IMG/VR virus record: IMGVR_UViG_3300035670_000285
Coordinates: 1 to 53,088 of that record
Source: a virus
Lineage: Duplodnaviria; Caudoviricetes
Direction: 5' to 3' (one strand)
DNA: 53,088 bases
This document shows positions 38,972 through 47,076 of the stretch, in pieces; the first letter of the stretch is position 1; every line of letters begins with the position of its first letter. The position numbers and the translations under genes were made by a program. Under the pieces are notes generated by a model. The model did no database searches. It was given only the letters and a program-made list of their open reading frames with translations, and had not been told where the DNA came from.

Positions 38972-39187
38972 ATGAAGTTTAAAGCAAACGAAATAAAAGC
39001 CTCTAGCCTTAAAGTAGGGGTTAAGTATGTTCTCGGAACACCAATGGGGAAATTAAACGAAAAAGATATTGTAGAAGTTAAAAGCATTACTGCTTTTGGT
39101 AATGATATTCAAATAAATTTAGAAAATCAAAACGGAGTTAAGGATTTTATTATATTAGATAGAAGTGACGATATTAAATTAGTTTAA
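38972..39187 (+). CDS. small beta-rich hypothetical protein
   Basis: 71 aa ORF in operon order. Confidence 0.6.
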   Translation: MKFKANEIKASSLKVGVKYVLGTPMGKLNEKDIVEVKSITAFGNDIQINLENQNGVKDFIILDRSDDIKLV

Positions 39188-39193
39188 GATAAA

Positions 39194-39225
39194 TTTGGAT
39201 AACCAAAATATTGTTCGTATAGTTA
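39194..39225 (+). promoter_or_regulatory. host-sigma promoter
   Basis: TTTG(39194-39197)-20 nt-TATAGTTA(39218-39225). Confidence 0.6.
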
Positions 39226-39243
39226 CTGTTAAACAATCTCATT

Positions 39244-40002
39244 ATGAGTAAAATAAAAAAGAAAAGGCTATTTTTTGATATAGAAACTAGCCCCAACATT
39301 GGTTTTTTCTGGCAGTCTGGATATAAACTAAGCGTACCTTATAGTAATATTATTAAAGAAAGAGCGATTATTTGCATCTGCTATAAATGGGAAGGTGAAA
39401 ATAAAGTATATTCTTTAAATTGGGATGAAAACCAAGATGATAAAGTAATGCTAGAAACATTTATGAGCATTGCTAATGAAGCTCATGAAATGGTAGGACA
39501 TAATGGTGATAGATTTGATTTACCTTGGATTAGAACACGCTGTTTATTCCACAGAATACCTACATTCCCTAGCTACACCACAATAGATACACTAAAACAA
39601 GCACGTTCTAAATTTAAATTTAATAGTAATCGTTTAGATTATATTGCTAATTATTTAGGCGTTGGTGGTAAAACAGAAACTGGATTTGATTTATGGAAAG
39701 ATATCGTATTAAAAAACGATAAAACTGCTTTAAAGAAAATGATAGAGTATTGCAAAAATGATGTTGCGATACTTGAAAAAGTATACCAAGAACTTTCTAA
39801 CTACATTCCACATAAAACACATTATGGAGCTTTATTAAATGATGATAAATGCTCATGCCCTGAATGTGGTTCAACTGATTTAAGATTCTCACAAAAACGC
39901 TACACAGCAACTGGAATGGCAAGAATTCAATTACAATGTAACAGTTGCCATAAGTACCACACAGTATCTAACAGAACTTATGAATCTAGTGTAGCGGAAT
40001 AG
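39244..40002 (+). CDS. RNase H-fold DEDD 3'-5' exonuclease with C-terminal zinc ribbon
   Basis: FFDIETSP, GHNGDRFDLP, YCKNDV, CPECGS..CNSC. Confidence 0.85.
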   Translation: MSKIKKKRLFFDIETSPNIGFFWQSGYKLSVPYSNIIKERAIICICYKWEGENKVYSLNWDENQDDKVMLETFMSIANEAHEMVGHNGDRFDLPWIRTRCLFHRIPTFPSYTTIDTLKQARSKFKFNSNRLDYIANYLGVGGKTETGFDLWKDIVLKNDKTALKKMIEYCKNDVAILEKVYQELSNYIPHKTHYGALLNDDKCSCPECGSTDLRFSQKRYTATGMARIQLQCNSCHKYHTVSNRTYESSVAE

Positions 40003-40025
40003 TAACCTAACACATATTTATATAC

Positions 40026-40385
40026 ATGAAACTAAGCGAGTTTAGGAAAAGTCTTATCCTTGAAGTAAAAAAACTCATCAGGGAACAGGCTATTCCTATT
40101 AGTCGAGCTGATTTAGTTGATCTAATTAAAGCTACAGACCCTCGCAATTCAGGTAAAGGTGAATTCTTTACTGTAACATTTGTTAAAAGAACAGATGGTA
40201 CTACTAGAGTATTAAATGGTAGATTAGGTGTTAGACGTTATTTGAGAGGTGGAAATTTATCTTATGATGCTGCTGAAAAAGAATTATTACCTGTTTATGA
40301 TACTAAGAAAGCAGAATATAGAATGATTAACCTACGTAGCATACTCTCAGCTAAAGTAGGTGGTAAAGAGTATATTGTAAAATAA
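40026..40385 (+). CDS. WYL-like/SH3 beta-barrel protein with head-type leader
   Basis: FTVTFVKRTDGTTRVLNG..VYD..YRMINL; leader ends KKLIRE; late motif at 40015-40022. Confidence 0.6.
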   Translation: MKLSEFRKSLILEVKKLIREQAIPISRADLVDLIKATDPRNSGKGEFFTVTFVKRTDGTTRVLNGRLGVRRYLRGGNLSYDAAEKELLPVYDTKKAEYRMINLRSILSAKVGGKEYIVK

Positions 40386-40406
40386 AAATTAAAAATAATA
40401 ACTAAA

Positions 40407-40862
40407 ATGTCAAAGCAATTTATTTCCGAAGCACAAAGAATGCAAAAACTAGCTGGCATGCCAATCAATGAAATGGCCCTCCCAGAAATGGCTCGTACAG
40501 CAGGTACTGGTAATGCTATTACAATTACTGAAAAAGGTGAAGAAATTTTAAAACAAGCTAAAGCTACAGGATCTGTTCCTGAAGGTATCAAAGCTAGACA
40601 ATTAGAAATTTTAGTATTCTTGAAAAAAGCTAAGAATGAAGGTAAAAGAGTACAAAAAGTTGACTATGCTAAAGAAAAAGGAGTAGAACAACCACAAGTA
40701 AATGCTCTATTCAATGACTTATCAGTTAAAGAATTAGTAGCTGCTGAAGGATATACTTCAAAGCAACAAGAACCAAAATCGTCTAGACCAAAAGTTGATA
40801 CTGATGCTATCATGTCTCAATTGGATGATTTGGATATTGAAGAATCAATGAGTGAAGAATAA
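40407..40862 (+). CDS. putative internal head protein with winged-helix-like domain
   Basis: FISEAQRMQKLAG leader; RQLEILVFL..DYAKEKGVEQPQVNALFNDL. Confidence 0.7.
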   Translation: MSKQFISEAQRMQKLAGMPINEMALPEMARTAGTGNAITITEKGEEILKQAKATGSVPEGIKARQLEILVFLKKAKNEGKRVQKVDYAKEKGVEQPQVNALFNDLSVKELVAAEGYTSKQQEPKSSRPKVDTDAIMSQLDDLDIEESMSEE

Positions 40863-40869
40863 ACATATA

Positions 40870-40929
40870 GACTAGATTCATAGCCTAGTCGCTTCGCAAG
40901 AAGTTTTTACTGTATAAAAGCAGCTGTGG
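40870..40929 (+). ncRNA. candidate structured cis-RNA (three hairpins plus pseudoknot)
   Basis: GACTAG/CTAGTC; GCTTC-GCAA-GAAGT; TTTTA/TAAAA; loop CATAGC can pair with GCTGTG (40923-40928). Confidence 0.4.
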
Positions 40930-40957
40930 CGCACATTATGTGCGCCACTTTTTTTTT
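40926..40957 (+). terminator. intrinsic terminator
   Basis: GTGGCGCACA-tta-TGTGCGCCAC followed by T9. Confidence 0.88.
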
Positions 40958-40959
40958 GC

Positions 40960-40991
40960 TTTGGGGAAACCAAATAAAAATAGTAATTTTA
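40960..40991 (+). promoter_or_regulatory. host-sigma promoter
   Basis: TTTG(40960-40963)-20 nt-TAATTTTA(40984-40991). Confidence 0.55.
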
Positions 40992-41009
40992 AAAATATAA
41001 TAAATCTAT

Positions 41010-42347
41010 ATGGACAAAAGAATCGTAATTGTAGGAGCAGGCGTAGCTGGTATCAACGCGGCAACTAAACTTGTAGATAATGGATACCCTGGAGAGTTAA
41101 TTACTATTATTGACAAGGGTAATGATCCACATCACCGTAGACCTGAAGAAGTAATGACAGGTATGCTAGGTGCTGGTGGATGGTCTGATGGCAAATTAAC
41201 TTATCACACAGCAATTGGAGGTCAATTATCAAAATATTGCGGTGAAGAAAAAGCAATGGAATTAATGGACCAAGTAATCCAAAATTTTAGACGCTTCCAC
41301 CCTAAACCAGAGGAAATTTTTATGTCTAATCCACAGGAGGAACCTGAATTTATTAAACCACACTTTGGCCTAAGAATGTTCCCAGTATGGCATATTGGCT
41401 CTAATTATTTACATGAAATTGCTAAGGCATGGTATCAATATCTAGTTGATAAAGGTGTTGTATTCCATTGGAATACTGATGTTTATAAAATCAACTTCAA
41501 AGAAAATATTGTACAGCTTCGTAAACTTAATTCCCATTTAGTAGCAGTATCTTATGATAATTTAATATTTGCTGTAGGAAAATCAGGCATTGATTTTGCA
41601 CAAAAACTATCTAATGACTACCACTTACCTACTGAACCTAAATCAGTACAAATTGGAGTTCGTTTTGAAGCACCACAAAAATACTTCCAAAAATTAATTG
41701 ACGTGTCCTATGATTTTAAGCTTTATCAGAAATTTGATAACGTTTCTCTTCGTAGTTTTTGTACTAACAATAACGCTGCTTATGTGGCTGTTGAGCAAAC
41801 TTATGGTGATATTAGTTATAATGGCCACGCGAAAAAGGGGGAAGAATTCAGGAACGATATGACCAATTTTGGTATATTGATGGAAATTAAGGGTATTGAA
41901 GATCCATTTAAATGGAGTAGAGATGTAGTTAACCGACTCCAAGTTGATGATCACGGAGGTATATTTTATAGTCCTGATGAAAATCGTTTACCTTCACTTA
42001 CATCTGAAGGGGCTCCTGTTAAATCTTTTAAAGTAAATAACTTAGGATTATTTAAATATGCTTTAGAAGAATATGCTGATTATATAATCAATTTTATTGA
42101 TAACATGAATGAAATATTTCAATTTGGTAATGATTATGGTTTTTATGCCCCTGAAGTAAAATATCTATCACCTGAGCCTTTAGTTAATTATCATGATTTG
42201 TCACTAACAACATTCCCTGATGTACACTTTGTAGGTGATGCATTAAGTGCTCGTGGCATTACAGTTTCAGGTGCACATGGTATTTATGTAGCTGAAGCAA
42301 TTATTAGAAAAGAAATACTTATTGATTTAATGAGCACAGGTAATTAA
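41010..42347 (+). CDS. FAD-dependent oxidoreductase (uncharacterised FAD-dehydrogenase family)
   Basis: IVIVGAGVAG, GAGGWSDGKL, IGVRFE, RSFCTN, HFVGD..RGI. Confidence 0.85.
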   Translation: MDKRIVIVGAGVAGINAATKLVDNGYPGELITIIDKGNDPHHRRPEEVMTGMLGAGGWSDGKLTYHTAIGGQLSKYCGEEKAMELMDQVIQNFRRFHPKPEEIFMSNPQEEPEFIKPHFGLRMFPVWHIGSNYLHEIAKAWYQYLVDKGVVFHWNTDVYKINFKENIVQLRKLNSHLVAVSYDNLIFAVGKSGIDFAQKLSNDYHLPTEPKSVQIGVRFEAPQKYFQKLIDVSYDFKLYQKFDNVSLRSFCTNNNAAYVAVEQTYGDISYNGHAKKGEEFRNDMTNFGILMEIKGIEDPFKWSRDVVNRLQVDDHGGIFYSPDENRLPSLTSEGAPVKSFKVNNLGLFKYALEEYADYIINFIDNMNEIFQFGNDYGFYAPEVKYLSPEPLVNYHDLSLTTFPDVHFVGDALSARGITVSGAHGIYVAEAIIRKEILIDLMSTGN

Positions 42348-42348
42348 A

Positions 42349-42380
42349 TTTGGGGCACTAAACTTATAATTATACCTTTA
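42349..42380 (+). promoter_or_regulatory. host-sigma promoter
   Basis: TTTG(42349-42352)-20 nt-TACCTTTA(42373-42380). Confidence 0.6.
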
Positions 42381-42384
42381 TAGT

Positions 42385-42660
42385 ATGGAAGAAAGAAGAG
42401 GTAGACCAAAAGAAATAATACAAGGACCTGCTCCACGTAAATTTACTCGTGTATACGAAGATGAAACTACTATTGAAACGTGGAAATTTGATTTAGATAA
42501 ATTCAATAAAGGTCCTATTGAGGTAGATATCAAATATAAAGCTGGCGCTGAAAAAAAGCTAAAACAACAAGCTAAAGAAGTTAGACAGCAAAAGAAGATA
42601 GCAAAACAAATGAAAAAAATAAATGAAAGACAAAATGGAAAAAGTAGTAAAAACAACTGA
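42385..42660 (+). CDS. basic hypothetical protein with AT-hook-like RRGRPK
   Basis: 91 aa directly after the promoter. Confidence 0.7.
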   Translation: MEERRGRPKEIIQGPAPRKFTRVYEDETTIETWKFDLDKFNKGPIEVDIKYKAGAEKKLKQQAKEVRQQKKIAKQMKKINERQNGKSSKNN

Positions 42661-42916
42661 TGGACACACTTTATTTTTATTTCAAACAACACGCTTAGGT
42701 CATGATGTTATGGACAAAAATGACCCTAAAGCAAATGAAAAAATCTGGGTACTTCATAGTACTGAAGGACCAGCATTGATAACTCCAAACAATAAAAAAG
42801 AATATTATTTCTTTGGAATATATCAAGGCAACAATTCAGAAGTACTTAAAGATCTAAAACGCCACCACACAGGATTACCACCAGCTAAAAACCCATTATT
42901 TAAAACTCGCTTATAA
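42623..42916 (+). CDS. hypothetical protein
   Basis: LHSTEGPALI..KEYY motif. Confidence 0.7.
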   Translation: MKDKMEKVVKTTDGHTLFLFQTTRLGHDVMDKNDPKANEKIWVLHSTEGPALITPNNKKEYYFFGIYQGNNSEVLKDLKRHHTGLPPAKNPLFKTRL

Positions 42917-43089
42917 TGAGAAATTATTTTGATTATTGGTACAAACGTACACTAAAAGACGGTCTTAAAGCAATAAAAACAATTATTGGCCTAGGACTAT
43001 CAGTTGGATTAGGATATGAAGTTAGTTTACCAATTGGGATTATGTTTTTTGGTTGGGTATTAACTGAATCATTAATTGAAAAAAATTAA
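42916..43089 (+). CDS. 57 aa membrane protein (below ORF-track cutoff)
   Basis: MRNYFDYWYKRTLKDGLKAIKTIIGLGLSVGLGYEVSLPIGIMFFGWVLTESLIEKN; TAATG-coupled and fills the gap exactly. Confidence 0.65.
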   Translation: MRNYFDYWYKRTLKDGLKAIKTIIGLGLSVGLGYEVSLPIGIMFFGWVLTESLIEKN

Positions 43090-43090
43090 T

Positions 43091-43621
43091 ATGAAGATAG
43101 GATTTGCAGGAACAATGAGTGTAGGTAAAACCACATTAGTAAAAGCACTAAGTGAATTACCTCAATTCAAAGATTATTATATAGCTACTGAACGTAGTAA
43201 ATATTTAAGTGATTTAGGAATTCCATTAAATACTGACTCTACTACTCCCGGCCAAATTATATTTTTGGCCGAGAGAGCTAGTGAGGTATTACGTGAAAAC
43301 GTATTAACTGATCGTACTATATGGGATGTATGTGCTTTTACTAAAAACGCATTATCAATAAGTGAACTTAATAAAACAATACTAGTAGATGCTGCTATGT
43401 TATTGAAAGATCAATATGATTTTGTATTTTATGTTGATCCTCGTGGTGTATCTGTTGAAGATAATGGTGTGAGAACAACAGATTTAGCATATAGAGTTAA
43501 AATTGATAATACTATACGCGAACTACTCAACGAATATCCGCCACATCGTTTAATAGAAATCGAAGGAACGACAGAAGAACGTATCAAATCCATATTAGAA
43601 ACAATAAATAAATATTTATAG
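43091..43621 (+). CDS. P-loop NTPase/nucleotide kinase (NadR/Ttd14-like)
   Basis: GFAGTMSVGKTT, TDRTIWD, EDNGVR, GTTEER; ATG 43091 preferred. Confidence 0.8.
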   Translation: MKIGFAGTMSVGKTTLVKALSELPQFKDYYIATERSKYLSDLGIPLNTDSTTPGQIIFLAERASEVLRENVLTDRTIWDVCAFTKNALSISELNKTILVDAAMLLKDQYDFVFYVDPRGVSVEDNGVRTTDLAYRVKIDNTIRELLNEYPPHRLIEIEGTTEERIKSILETINKYL

Positions 43622-43641
43622 CAGACACAAACTATACACAA

Positions 43642-44727
43642 ATGAAAAAAAGCGAATTAAAAGAATATATTAAAGCACAAATCCGTGAAAAATTATATGC
43701 TGGACCTAGCTCAGTAACAGCTGCTAAAACGGATCCTGATTATGGAAGATTAAAACCACAAGATAAAACTGATATTGAAAAAACACTCAAAACAGGTGGT
43801 TCAGTTGAATTAGAAGAAATGGCTCGTCAAGCCACTGTAGTTAAAATTGATCCTGATTTTAGAGAAAAAGCTAAAGAGATTAAGACAGGTGGTCCTATTA
43901 GTCCTGTAAAACTAAAAGACGTATTGGATTTCCTTGAAGGAAAAACAGAAACAACTGGTCCTGCAATAGCTGCTGGTGTTGGATTTCCTGGTAAAATGCC
44001 TCGCATATATCCTATATATAAAGCATTATTAGATGTGGGTGCTCTTACTGGTACTTCAAATGAAAAAACAGAAGAAATTCCTAACACACCAGAAAATGAA
44101 GAAGCAGCAGAACTTTTCTATAGTGATGTTTATGATAAATCAAGTGCTGAACCTGAAGAAGATGAGTTTGAAAAAGAACCAGAAATGGGAAGCGTTGAAA
44201 AGTCTTCTGCATCTACATTAGACGCAACTACTCAAAAAGCAACTGAATTTACTCTTGATAATGGAGATTTGATTCAATCTGTAATTAAAGCTTATAAAGA
44301 TTCACGTATTCGTCTTGGTTCTCTTCGTGAAGAAGAAGGTGATCTAAGTGCTGCTGATTATAAAAAAGCATTAAAACAAAGTAAAGAAGCTGGTGTAGAA
44401 CGTTTACAAGTAAAACTTAATAGTTTAGTTGATAAAATATCAAATCTAGAACCTGAAGTTCAAGATAAAGTATTAAAAATACTTGATTACAAATTCAAAT
44501 CAGTAAATGCCAATAAATTAACAGATGTTATTGCTAAAAAGTTAGGAAGAACCCTTGAACCTACTAATATTGATACTGAAGAAGATGAAATTATTGATTT
44601 AGATGATGAAGAAATCAATGAAGACTCAGGAGTAGAAGATGTTAATTACGGAGATAAATTTAGCGATTATGAAAATGTGTATGAAGCATTAGCAAACGCT
44701 TTAAATGAAATAACAAAAAAGAGATAA
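43642..44727 (+). CDS. acidic multi-module putative internal head protein
   Basis: MKKSELKEYIKAQIRE leader; LEE-MAR boundary then wHTH-like segment; late motif at 43613-43620. Confidence 0.7.
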   Translation: MKKSELKEYIKAQIREKLYAGPSSVTAAKTDPDYGRLKPQDKTDIEKTLKTGGSVELEEMARQATVVKIDPDFREKAKEIKTGGPISPVKLKDVLDFLEGKTETTGPAIAAGVGFPGKMPRIYPIYKALLDVGALTGTSNEKTEEIPNTPENEEAAELFYSDVYDKSSAEPEEDEFEKEPEMGSVEKSSASTLDATTQKATEFTLDNGDLIQSVIKAYKDSRIRLGSLREEEGDLSAADYKKALKQSKEAGVERLQVKLNSLVDKISNLEPEVQDKVLKILDYKFKSVNANKLTDVIAKKLGRTLEPTNIDTEEDEIIDLDDEEINEDSGVEDVNYGDKFSDYENVYEALANALNEITKKR

Positions 44728-45399
44728 ATGAAAAAATTAGTTTTACCGTTAGTTATTGTAGTTTTATTAGCTTGGATTTTTGTAAATAAATGTAATGATA
44801 ATAGTTTGTTTGTTGAATTTAGAGCTACACAAGACAGTTTAAATTATATTGTTGATTCTTTAAAAGAAGATAATCATCAAAAAGATTTACAAATAGGTGC
44901 TTTAGAAGAATTAGATTATGATTTGCAAAATCAATTAGATAAAGCTAAAGCTAAAGTTATTATTGTAACTAAGTGGGTTGATTCATCTAAAGGCAAAATT
45001 GACACATACTCTGAGACAGAACTTATTACCTCATTCAACAACCGATACCCAGAAGACACAATTACTAATCCTCTTCCACTAGCACAACCCGTACTTGTAG
45101 CTGCTGCTAAAGACTTAGTTGAATTAGATGGAGCTAAACAAACATTAGTAATAAAAGATAGTATTATTGCATTAAATGAAGAAAGAATATTTGTTAAAGA
45201 TAGCACTATAATGAAATTTGAAGAAAAAAATTCTAATAATAAAATTGTAATTGCTTTACGTGAAAAACAAATTAAAGATTGGCAAGATCAATATAGTCAA
45301 CTTCAAGCACAAAATAAGAAGTTAAAACTTAGAATGCAATTGACTAAAGTTGGTGCTGGTTTAGCAATAGGTGGATTAACATTTTTATTAGTTAAATAA
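44728..45399 (+). CDS. envelope-spanning coiled-coil protein (spanin-like candidate)
   Basis: N-terminal TM/signal followed by Cys, long coiled coil, C-terminal hydrophobic tail. Confidence 0.6.
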   Translation: MKKLVLPLVIVVLLAWIFVNKCNDNSLFVEFRATQDSLNYIVDSLKEDNHQKDLQIGALEELDYDLQNQLDKAKAKVIIVTKWVDSSKGKIDTYSETELITSFNNRYPEDTITNPLPLAQPVLVAAAKDLVELDGAKQTLVIKDSIIALNEERIFVKDSTIMKFEEKNSNNKIVIALREKQIKDWQDQYSQLQAQNKKLKLRMQLTKVGAGLAIGGLTFLLVK

Positions 45400-45421
45400 T
45401 ATTCTTGCATTCCCATACAAT

Positions 45422-45453
45422 GAGCTCAATCATAAAGATTGAGCTCTTTTTTT
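45422..45453 (+). terminator. intrinsic terminator
   Basis: GAGCTCAATC-ataaa-GATTGAGCTC followed by T7. Confidence 0.88.
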
Positions 45454-45481
45454 AGTTATATATTTATATATAAACGCATTA

Positions 45482-47062
45482 ATGAGCGATCAAAATATTA
45501 AAGACATAATCAAGCAGGAATACATTAAATGTATGACTGATCCTGCCCATTTTATGAAAAAATATTGTATGATTCAACACCCAACTAGGGGCCGCATACA
45601 ATTTAATTTATATCCATTCCAAGAAAAAGTATTATACCAATTCCAAAAAAACAATTACAATATAGTACTTAAATCACGCCAGTTAGGTATCTCCACTCTT
45701 GTAGCTGGTTTTTCTTTATGGATGATGTTATTCCATAAAGATAAAAACGTGTTGTGTATCGCAACTAAACAAGATACAGCTAAAAATATGGTTACTAAGG
45801 TAAGATTTATGTATGATAATCTACCTTCATGGTTAAAAGGTGCTGAGAAACCTTTGGAGAACAACAAACTTTTACTTAAATTGGCAAATGGTTCTCAAGT
45901 AAAAGCAGTTTCAGCAGCAGGTGATGCTGGTAGATCTGAAGCTGTATCTTTGCTTATAATAGATGAGGCCGCGTTCATTGACAGTATTCATGAGATATTT
46001 GCTTCTGCTCAACAAACGTTAGCTACGGGTGGTGGTTGTATTGCATTATCTACTCCTAACGGTACGGGTAATTGGTTCCATCAAACATGGCAGAAAGCAG
46101 AAATTGGAGATAATTCATTTGTGCCTATTAGGTTGCCTTGGAGTGTACATCCTGAAAGAGATCAAAGCTGGAGGGATAGACAAGACAATGATCTAGGAAT
46201 TAGAATGGCTGCTCAAGAGTGTGATTGCGATTTTGCAACATCAGGAGATACAGTATTTGAACCAGAAATTATAGGTTGGTTTGAAGCTAATTTAATGGAA
46301 CCTCTTGAAAAGAGAGGAGTAGACGGCAACTTATGGATCTGGGAACAACCAAATTATAATAAAAGTTACTTAGTAGTAGCCGACGTAGCTAGAGGAGATG
46401 GTAAAGATTATTCTGCATGCCATGTCTTTGATGTTGAATCTGCAGCGCAAGTAGCAGAATATAGAGGTCAAATTGGTACTCGTGATTTTGGACATATGTT
46501 AGTTGGTTTAGCAGCAGAATACAATGATGCTCTACTATCAATAGAAAATGCTAACGTAGGTTGGGATACAGTACAAACAGCAATTGATAGGGGATATAGA
46601 AATTTATATTATTCCCCAAAACAAGATGCAATGACATCTGATCAATGGGCTAGACGATATGAAAATGACGCTAATTTAGTAGCTGGTTTTACAACATCTG
46701 TAAAAACTAGACCACTAATGATTGAAAAATTTAGAGAATATGCTCATGAAAAATCATGTGTTATACGCTCAAAACGATTAATAGAAGAAATGAAGGTTTT
46801 TATTTGGAAAAATAGTAAAGCACAAGCTCAAGATGGATATAATGATGATTTAGTAATGTCATTCTCTATGGGCTTGTACCTACGCGATACTGCATTAAGA
46901 TTTAGAAAAAGTAATATAGAACAAGATAGAGCAATAATGTCTGGATTTTCAATTGACAGAGGACAAATAAACTCATATAATGCTTTTGGTAATGGACAAC
47001 CAAACCCATATAAAATGCCTACAGACCACGGTTCTGAGGATATTAGTTGGTTATTAGGATAA
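45482..47062 (+). CDS. gp17: terminase large subunit (T4 gp17-like)
   Basis: LYPFQ, KSRQLGIST, LLIIDEAAF, STPNG, ADVARGDGKDYS, DDLVMS; late motif at 45461-45468. Confidence 0.95.
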   Translation: MSDQNIKDIIKQEYIKCMTDPAHFMKKYCMIQHPTRGRIQFNLYPFQEKVLYQFQKNNYNIVLKSRQLGISTLVAGFSLWMMLFHKDKNVLCIATKQDTAKNMVTKVRFMYDNLPSWLKGAEKPLENNKLLLKLANGSQVKAVSAAGDAGRSEAVSLLIIDEAAFIDSIHEIFASAQQTLATGGGCIALSTPNGTGNWFHQTWQKAEIGDNSFVPIRLPWSVHPERDQSWRDRQDNDLGIRMAAQECDCDFATSGDTVFEPEIIGWFEANLMEPLEKRGVDGNLWIWEQPNYNKSYLVVADVARGDGKDYSACHVFDVESAAQVAEYRGQIGTRDFGHMLVGLAAEYNDALLSIENANVGWDTVQTAIDRGYRNLYYSPKQDAMTSDQWARRYENDANLVAGFTTSVKTRPLMIEKFREYAHEKSCVIRSKRLIEEMKVFIWKNSKAQAQDGYNDDLVMSFSMGLYLRDTALRFRKSNIEQDRAIMSGFSIDRGQINSYNAFGNGQPNPYKMPTDHGSEDISWLLG

Positions 47063-47076
47063 AAATATTTATACAC

